Shown here in pieces: positions 55,601 to 64,000 of a DNA stretch of 64,000 bases. The stretch spans positions 25,048,001-25,112,000 of the forward strand of contig OZ024741.1 in assembly GCA_964016885.1 (NCBI GenBank). The letters are read 5' to 3'. The notes beneath the pieces are model-generated. The model saw only the letters and a list, made by a program, of their open reading frames with translations. It was not told the DNA's origin and did not search any database. A program made the position numbers and the translations under genes. Source of the stretch: Eledone cirrhosa (Eukaryota). The first letter of the stretch is position 1. Each line of letters begins with the position of its first letter.

Positions 55601-56764
55601 AGAAATATGGTAATGAAAGGGTTAAACAACATAGACAGTGTCTTTTATTAGAAATATGGTAATGAAAGTGTTAAACAACATAGACAGTGTCTTTTATTAG
55701 AAATATGATAATGAAAGGGTTAAACAACATAGACAGTGTCTTTTATTAGAAATATGGTAATGAAAGGGTTAAACAACATAGATAGTATCTTTTATTAGAA
55801 ATATGGTAATGAAAGGGTTAAACAACATAGACAGTATCTTTTATTAGAAATATGGTAATGAAAGGGTTAAACAACATAGACAGTGTCTTTTATTAGAAAT
55901 ATGGTAATGAAAGGGTTAAACAACATAGACAGTATCTTTTATTAGAAATATGGTAATGAAAGGGTTAAACAACATAGACAGTGTCTTTTATTAGAAATAT
56001 GGTAATGAAAGGATTAAACAACATAGACAGTGTCTTTTATTAGAAATATGGTAATGAAAGGGTTAAACAACATAGACAGTGTCTTTTATTAGAAATATGG
56101 TAATGAAAGAGTTAAACAACATAGACAGTGTCTTTTATTAGAAATATGGTAATGAAAGGGTTAAACAACATAGACAGTGTCTTTTATTAGAAATATGGTA
56201 ATGAAAGGGTTAAACAACATAGACAGTGTCTTTTATTAGAAATATGGTAATGAAAGGGTTAAACAACATAGACAGTGTCTTTTATTAGAAATATGGTAAT
56301 GAAAGGGTTAAACAACATAGATAGTGTCTTTTATTAGAAATATGATAATGAAAGGATTACACAACATAGACAGTGTCTTTTATTAGATATAGGGTAATGA
56401 AAGTGTTAAACAACATAGACAGTGTTTTTTATTAGAAATATGGTAATGAAAGGGTTAAACAACATAGACAGTGTCTTTTATTAGAAATATGGTAATGAAA
56501 GGATTACACAACATAGACAGTATCTTTTATTAGAAATATGGTAATGAAAATGTTAAACAACATAGACAGTGTCTTTTATTAGAAATATGGTAATGAAAGT
56601 GTTAAACAACATAGGCAGTGTCTTTTATTAGAAATATGATAATGAAAGTGTTAAACAACATAGACAGTATCTTTTATTAGAAATATGGTAATGAAAGGGT
56701 TAAACAACATAGACAGTGTCTTTTATTAGAAATATGGTAATGAAAGGTTTAAACAACATAGATA
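46659..56764. repeat. 49-bp satellite array, middle block (about 206 monomers)
   Basis: Same monomer and orientation as the left block. Includes a 1,025-bp local duplication (CACAGAC at 53701 and 54726) and 45-bp and 28-bp deletion monomers. Confidence 0.99.
56753..56764 (+). repeat. Left target-site duplication of LINE copy 2 (ACAACATAGATA)
   Basis: Identical 12-mer at 58853-58864. Removing the element plus one copy restores an intact 49-bp monomer. Confidence 0.85.
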
Positions 56765-58852
56765 TATTTCTTTTATTTGCCACTAGGGCATCAAAAGTGG
56801 GACAAGTACAAAGGGGGGAGTTTACACAAAAAGCGTCCTCAATAAGGAGGAGGCAATAACAAAATATAAAAATAAAATAAGATATAACAAAAAATAAAAT
56901 TTTTAACAAAATCCTCAATAGAGAGGAGGCGCCTTGGGGGGTCGCACACACCCCCGAAAAAAGTGTGCAACCCTTCTCCTCAGGAGCACAGAGAAGGGGT
57001 GCTCCCTTGGTCTTTCATCTTCCTCACCTATAGTCTGATGTAGAGTGAAGGCCCATTCACACGGGCCATTCTCGCCACTTTCACCCATCTTTCATAGAAA
57101 CGGCTGGGGTGCAGCACCTCTCTCTCCATCCTGATCCTTCTTCCGAAATGATATCGGAAGAAACGGACCAGTTGTTGGCCAGAGAGAAAGGTGCCCGACC
57201 TCAGTCCTTTCAGACGCGTCCACCATACAACCTCTTTCGCCATGGCTATTACGCACAGAAACACCGCCTCTGCTTCATCTTTGAAGGGGGGAGGCGGCTT
57301 GATCATTACAATAGACTCGGTGGTCAACCGGATCGGTCCCACCCTTGACAGCAGTTGTTCGACATAGCCCCACAGATCGGCTACGCCCGAGCAGTGTACT
57401 AATGCGTGTGCAACGGTTTCCTCGTCGCACACGCATCTGGGACAGATCTTTTTGGCGGGGTCCCTACCCGGGCGCCCGTGTCTGTAGAGCCTTTCTCGAA
57501 CGGGTAAAGCCCCTCGGTAGCACTGCCAGGCCAGGGACTTCTGGAAGTTGTCCATAGGTCCCGGGCTGAATGTCCTACCGAACAGGCTGGCCAGTTCGTC
57601 CTCCTCCATGTCTAGGGCTTCTCCGAGGGCGTCGTCGCACCTGCTGCGTACCAGCCCTCTATAGAATGTTGCGGTGGAGTCTCCACTGATAACCGGATCC
57701 GCCTGCCAGAGGGCGGTGAGCGCCTGGGCACACTCAGTGTGCCAGGCGCCCAGTTTTCTCGGTCTTTGCTTGACCCAGGATTGCAGCTCGGTGAGTGAGA
57801 CGAGTCTGGGAAAGGTTCGTCTCACAAACGAGGCCCACACCGTTTGTCCGGTGAGGAATACGTAGAGGTGCCGTAGCCTTAATGCGTGTTTACGCATCAT
57901 TAGCCACGGCATCCCCAGCCCTCCTTTCGAAGGGTGTTGACAGCAGATGGATCTCCTCACCATAGGAGCCCGCCTCTTCCAAAGGAATTGGAAGAGCGCG
58001 CGCTCCATCTTGGTGAGGGTTTCCCTTGGGCAGGGCACTACGGTCAGGCGGTAGTAGATGACGGACGCTATATAGGTGTTCACCACCTCCGCCCGACCTT
58101 TCAGGGATAGTTTGCAACTGGCCCACTTCTGGGTCAGTGCAAACACCCTGTTCGTAACCTCCGCCCAGTTTTTCTCCACCTGGAGGTCCGGTCCGAACCA
58201 GACCCCGAGCAACTTCACCGGGCCCTCCGTCCAGCGTCCGACGACGCTATCGGAGGGCATCGGTCTGCCCCTCCACGTGCCGAGTTGCAAACCGATCGAC
58301 TTGTCCCGGTTCAGCTTAGCCCCTGTGAACTTTTCGTACTCCTCCAGTAAGGTGCCGACCGCCTCGATTTCGGAGGCCGTCGACACCATTACTGTCACGT
58401 CATCGGCGTAGGCCGACACCGCTTTCCGCAATCCCGGTTCCAAAGGGATGCCCTGCAACAACTCCAACTTCCGCAGTAGTGGCTCGAGAGTCAACACATA
58501 CAGAAGGGAGGAGAGAGGGCACCCTTGTAGGATGGACCGCGCGATTTTGAACGGCTCCGAGAGGTAGCCGTTCACCTTGACCCTAGAGCAGATGCGGCTG
58601 CTGTGCAAAGCAGTGATCCAGCCCCTGAAAACGTGTCCGAAGCCTGCCGCCGCTAGCACCGCATCCAGGTAACCATGGTCGACCCTATCGAACGCCTTAG
58701 ATTGATCCAAGTTGATCAGAGCCCCACCAAAGCCGGGTTCGTTCCCAACCCTCTCTATGATGTATCGCATGAGGTGGAGGTTGTCATGGATGGACCTGGA
58801 CGGGATAGCGCATGTCTGCGCATCTCCCACCAGGTTGCCCACGACAAGCGCC
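56765..58852 (-). mobile_element. 5'-truncated copy (2,088 bp) of the same Tx1-like LINE, copy 2
   Basis: Colinear with 40922-43010. By eye, about nine substitutions and one 1-bp indel. Same 3' end as copy 1; truncated inside the RT domain; flanked by a TSD. Confidence 0.96.
57028..58852 (-). pseudogene. Truncated ORF2 fragment (C-terminal part of RT plus CCHC domain); frame open
   Basis: The 626-aa track ORF, whose first 19 or so residues are satellite-derived. Lacks the endonuclease and N-terminal RT subdomains; RQGCPLS is altered to LQGCPLS. Confidence 0.9.
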
Positions 58853-58864
58853 ACAACATAGATA
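58853..58864 (+). repeat. Right target-site duplication of LINE copy 2 (ACAACATAGATA)
   Basis: The first A is also the next element base (copy 1 reads GACAAGCGCC-A-ACC), so the TSD is either 12 bp or 11 bp plus 1-bp microhomology. Confidence 0.85.
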
Positions 58865-61800
58865 GTGTCTTTTATTAGAAATATGGTAATGAAAGGGTTA
58901 AACAACATAGATAGTGTCTTTTATTAGAAATATGGTAATGAAAGGGTTAAACAACATAGACAGTGTCTTTTATTAGAAATATGGTAATGAAAGGGTTAAA
59001 CAACATAGATAGTGTCTTTTATTAGAAATATAGTAATGAAAGGGTTAAACAACATAGACAGTGTCTTTTATTAGAAATATGGTAATGAAAGGGTTAAACA
59101 ACATAGATAGTGTCTTTTATTAGAAATATGGTAATGAAAGGGTTAAACAACATACACAGTGTCTTTTATTAGAAATATGGTAATGAAAGGGTTAAACAAC
59201 ATAGACAGTGTCTTTTATTAGAAATAGGGTAATGAAAGGGTTAAACAACATAGACAGTGTCTTTTATTAGAAATATGGTAATGAAAGGGTTAAACAACAT
59301 AGTCAGTGTCTTTTATTAGAAATATGATAATGAAAGGGTTAAACAACATAGACAGTGTCTTTTATTAGAAATAGGGTAATGAAAGGGTTAAACAACATAG
59401 ACAGGGTTTTTTATTAGAAATATGATAATGAAAGGGTTAAACAACATAGACAGTGTCTTTTATTAGAAATATGGTAATGAAAGGATTAAACAACATAGAC
59501 AGTGTCTTTTATTAGAAATATGGTAATGAAAGGGTTAAACAACATAGACAGTGTCTTTTATTAGAAATATGATAATGAAAGGGTTAAACAACATAGACAG
59601 TGTCTTTTATTAGAAATATGGTAATGAAAGGGTTAAACAACATAGATAGTGTCTTTTATTAGAAATATGGTAATGAAAGGGTTAAACAACATAGACAGTG
59701 TCTTTTATTAGAAATATGATAATAAAAGGGTTAAACAACATAGACAGTGTCTTTTATTAGAAATAGGGTAATGAAAGGGTTAAACAACATAGTGTCTTCT
59801 ATTAGAAATATGATAATGAAAGGGTTAAACAACATAGACAGTGTCATTTATTAGAAATATGATAATGAAAGGGTTAAACAACATAGACAGTATCTTTTAT
59901 TAGAAATAGGGTAATGAAAGGGCTAAACAACATAGACAGGGTTTTTTATTAGATTATGATAATGAAAGGGTTAAACAACATAGACAGTGTGTTTTATTAG
60001 AAATATGGTAATGAAAGGGTTAAACAACATAGACAGTATCTTTTATTAGAAATATGGTAATGAAAGGGTTCAACAACATAGACAGTGTCTTTTATTAGAA
60101 ATATGGTAATGAAAGGGTTAAACAACATAGACAGGTTTTTTTATTAGAAATATGGTAATGAAAGGGTTAAACAACAAATATGGTAATGAAAAGTTTAAAC
60201 AACATAGACAGTGTCTTTTATTAGAAATATGATAATGAAAGGGTTAAACAACATAGACAGTGTCTGTTATTAGAAATATGGTAATGAAAGGGTTAAACAA
60301 CATAGACAGTGTGTTTTATTAGATATGTGGTAATGAAAGGGTTAAACAACATAGACAGTGTGTTTTATTAGAAATATGGTAATGAAAGGGTTAAACAACA
60401 TAGACAGTATCTTTTATTAGAAATATGGTAATGAAAGGGTTCAACAACATAGACAGTGTCTTTTATTAGAAATATGGTAATGAAAGGGTTAAACAACATA
60501 GACAGTGTCTTTTATTAGAAATATGGTAATGAAAGTGTTAAACAACATAGACAGTGTCTTTTATTAGAAATATGATAATGAAAGGGTTAAACAACATAGA
60601 CAGTGTCTTTTATTAGAAATATGGTAATGAAAGGGTTAAACAACATAGATAGTATCTTTTATTAGAAATATGGTAATGAAAGGGTTAAACAACATAGACA
60701 GTATCTTTTATTAGAAATATGGTAATGAAAGGGTTAAACAACATAGACAGTGTCTTTTATTAGAAATATGGTAATGAAAGGGTTAAACAACATAGACAGT
60801 ATCTTTTATTAGAAATATGGTAATGAAAGGGTTAAACAACATAGACAGTTTCTTTTATTAGAAATATGGTAATGAAAGGGTTAAACAACATAGATAGTAT
60901 CTTTTATTAGAAATATGGTAATGAAAGGGTTAAACAACATAGATAGTGTCTTTTATTAGAAATATGGTAATGAAAGGGTTAAACAACATAGACAGTGTCT
61001 TTTATTAGAAATATGGTAATGAAAGGGTTAAACAACATAGATAGTGTCTTTTATTAGAAATATAGTAATGAAAGGGTTAAACAACATAGACAGTGTCTTT
61101 TATTAGAAATATGGTAATGAAAGGGTTAAACAACATAGACAGTGTCTTTTATTAGAAATATGGTAATGAAAGGGTTAAACAACATAGACAGTGTCTTTTA
61201 TTAGAAATAGGATAATGAAAGGGTTAAACAACATAGACAGTGTCTTTTATTAGAAATATGGTAATGAAAGGGTTAAACAACATAGACAGTGTCTTTTATT
61301 AGAAATATGATAATGAAAGGGTTAAACAACATAGACAGTGTCTTTTATTAGAAATAGGGTAATGAAAGGGTTAAACAACATAGACAGGGTTTTTTATTAG
61401 AAATATGATAATGAAAGTGTTAAACAACATAGACAGTGTCTTTTATTAGAAATATGGTAATGAAAGGATTAAACAACATAGACAGTGTCTTTTATTAGAA
61501 ATATGGTAATGAAAGGGTTAAACAACATAGACAGTGTCTTTTATTAGAAATATGGTAATGAAAGGGTTAAACAACATAGACAGTGTCTTTCATTAGAAAT
61601 ATGGTAATGAAAGGGTTAAACAACATAGATAGTGTCTTTTATTAGAAATATGGTAATGAAAGGGTTAAACAACATAGACAGTGTCTTTTATTAGAAATAT
61701 GATAATAAAAGGGTTAAACAACATAGACAGTGTCTTTTATTAGAAATATGATAATAAAAGGGTTAAACAACATAGACAGTGTCTTTTATCAGAAATAGGG

Positions 61801-64000
61801 TAATGAAAGGGTTAAACAACATAGTGTCTTCTATTAGAAATATGATAATGAAAGGGTTAAACAACATAGACAGTGTCATTTATTAGAAATATGATAATGA
61901 AAGGGTTAAACAACATAGACAGTATCTTTTATTAGAAATAGGGTAATGAAAGGGCTAAACAACATAGACAGGGTTTTTTATTAGATTATGATAATGAAAG
62001 GGTTAAACAACATAGACAGTGTCTTTTATTAGAAATATGGTAATGAAAGGGTTAAACAACATAGACAGGTTTTTTTATTAGAAATATGGTAATGAAAGGG
62101 TTAAACAACAAATATGGTAATGAAAAGTTTAAACAACATAGACAGTGTCTTTTATTAGAAATATGATAATGAAAGGGTTAAACAACATAGACAGTGTCTG
62201 TTATTAGAAATATGGTAATGAAAGGGTTAAACAACATAGACAGTGTGTTTTATTAGATATGTGGTAATGAAAGGGTTAAACAACATAGACAGTGTGTTTT
62301 ATTAGAAATATGGTAATGAAAGGGTTAAACAACATAGACAGTATCTTTTATTAGAAATATGGTAATGAAAGGGTTCAACAACATAGACAGTGTCTTTTAC
62401 TAGAAATATGGTAATGAAAGGGTTAAACAACATAGACAGTGTCTTTTATTAGAAATATGGTAATGAAAGTGTTAAACAACATAGACAGTGTCTTTTATTA
62501 GAAATATGATAATGAAAGGGTTAAACAACATAGACAGTGTCTTTTATTAGAAATATGGTAATGAAAGGGTTAAACAACATAGATAGTATCTTTTATTAGA
62601 AATATGGTAATGAAAGGGTTAAACAACATAGATAGTGTCTTTTATTAGAAATATGGTAATGAAAGGGTTAAACAACATAGACAGTGTCTTTTATTAGAAA
62701 TATGGTAATGAAAGGGTTAAACAACATAGATAGTGTCTTTTATTAGAAATATAGTAATGAAAGGGTTAAACAACATAGACAGTGTCTTTTATTAGAAATA
62801 TGGTAATGAAAGGGTTAAACAACATAGACAGTGTCTTTTATTAGAAATATGGTAATGAAAGGGTTAAACAACATAGACAGTGTCTTTTATTAGAAATAGG
62901 GTAATGAAAGGGTTAAACAACATAGACAGTGTCTTTTATTAGAAATATGGTAATGAAAGGGTTAAACAACATAGACAGTGTCTTTTATTAGAAATATGAT
63001 AATGAAAGGGTTAAACAACATAGACAGTGTCTTTTATTACAAATAGGGTAATGAAAGGGTTAAACAACATAGACAGGGTTTTTTATTAGAAATATGATAA
63101 TGAAAGGGTTAAACAACATAGACAGTGTCTTTTATTAGAAATATGGTAATGAAAGGATTAAACAACATAGACAGTGTCTTTTATTAGAAATATGGTAATG
63201 AAAGGGTTAAACAACATAGACAGTGTCTTTTATTAGAAATATGGTAATGAAAGGGTTAAACAACATAGACAGTGTCTTTTATTAGAAATATGGTAATGAA
63301 AGGGTTAAACAACATAGACAGTGTCTTTTATTAGAAATATGATAATAAAAGGGTTAAACAACATAGACAGTGTCTTTTATTAGAAATAGGGTAATGAAAG
63401 GGTTGAACAACATAGTGTCTTCTATTAGAAATATGATAATGAAAGGGTTAAACAACATAGACAGTGTCATTTATCAGAAATATGATAATGAAAGGGTTAA
63501 ACAACATAGACAGTGTCTTTTATTAGAAATATGGTAATAAAAGGGTTAAACAACATAGACAGGGTTTTTTATTAGAAATATGGTAATGAAAGGGTTAAAC
63601 AACAAATATGGTAATGAAAAGGTTAAACAACATAGACAGTGTCTTTTATCAGAAATATGATAATGAAAGGGTTAAACAACATAGACAGTGTCTGTTATTA
63701 GAAATATGGTAATGAAAGGGTTAAACAACATAGACAGTGTGTTTTATTAGATATATGGTAATGAAAGGGTTAAACAACATAGACAGTGTGTTTTACTAGA
63801 AATATGGTAATGAAAGGGTTAAACAACATAGACAGTATCTTTTATTAGAAATATGGTAATGAAAGGTTCAACAACATAGAGAGTGTCTTTTATTAGAAAT
63901 ATGGTAATGAAAGGGTTAAACAACATAGACAGTGTCTTTTATTAGAAATATGGTAATGAAAGGGTTAAACAACATAGACAGTGTCTTTTATTAGAAATAT
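58853..64000. repeat. 49-bp satellite array, right block (about 105 monomers; continues beyond window end)
   Basis: Same monomer and orientation. Diagnostic variants include CAGGGTTTTT and 28-bp monomers at 60150, 62084 and 63578. Confidence 0.99.

Noticed and set aside
58853-58908. Satellite-supplied ATG giving a 626-aa RT fusion protein
   Set aside because: Every monomer offers this ATG, so an in-frame fusion has about a one-in-three chance. The product lacks EN and N-terminal RT subdomains, and there is no expression evidence.

Overview
Eukaryotic satellite DNA. About 56 kb of the window is a head-to-tail array of an AT-rich 49-bp monomer (consensus ATATGGTAATGAAAGGGTTAAACAACATAGACAGTGTCTTTTATTAGAA, roughly 1,150 copies) with multi-kb higher-order duplications. 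Two copies of one non-LTR retrotransposon interrupt the array, both on the minus strand. The element is L1 group and Tx1-like: ORF1 has a CCHC knuckle, and ORF2 has an APE endonuclease, RT and C-terminal CCHC. Copy 1 (about 40922-46640) is full length with one nonsense codon in ORF2. Copy 2 (56765-58852) is 5'-truncated and flanked by an 11-12 bp target-site duplication. Both copies sit at the same nucleotide of the monomer, in the same orientation, and in the minority GATA-type monomer (CATAGATA|G) rather than the consensus GACA type. Neither has a poly(A) tail, and copy 1 has (GATA)4 at its 5' junction. The best candidate for an undescribed system is therefore a sequence-specific Tx1-like LINE that targets GATA motifs and colonises a satellite; the satellite monomer itself resembles a piggyBac-type transposon end. 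No host genes, RNA genes or CRISPR arrays were seen. All alignments and counts were made by eye.
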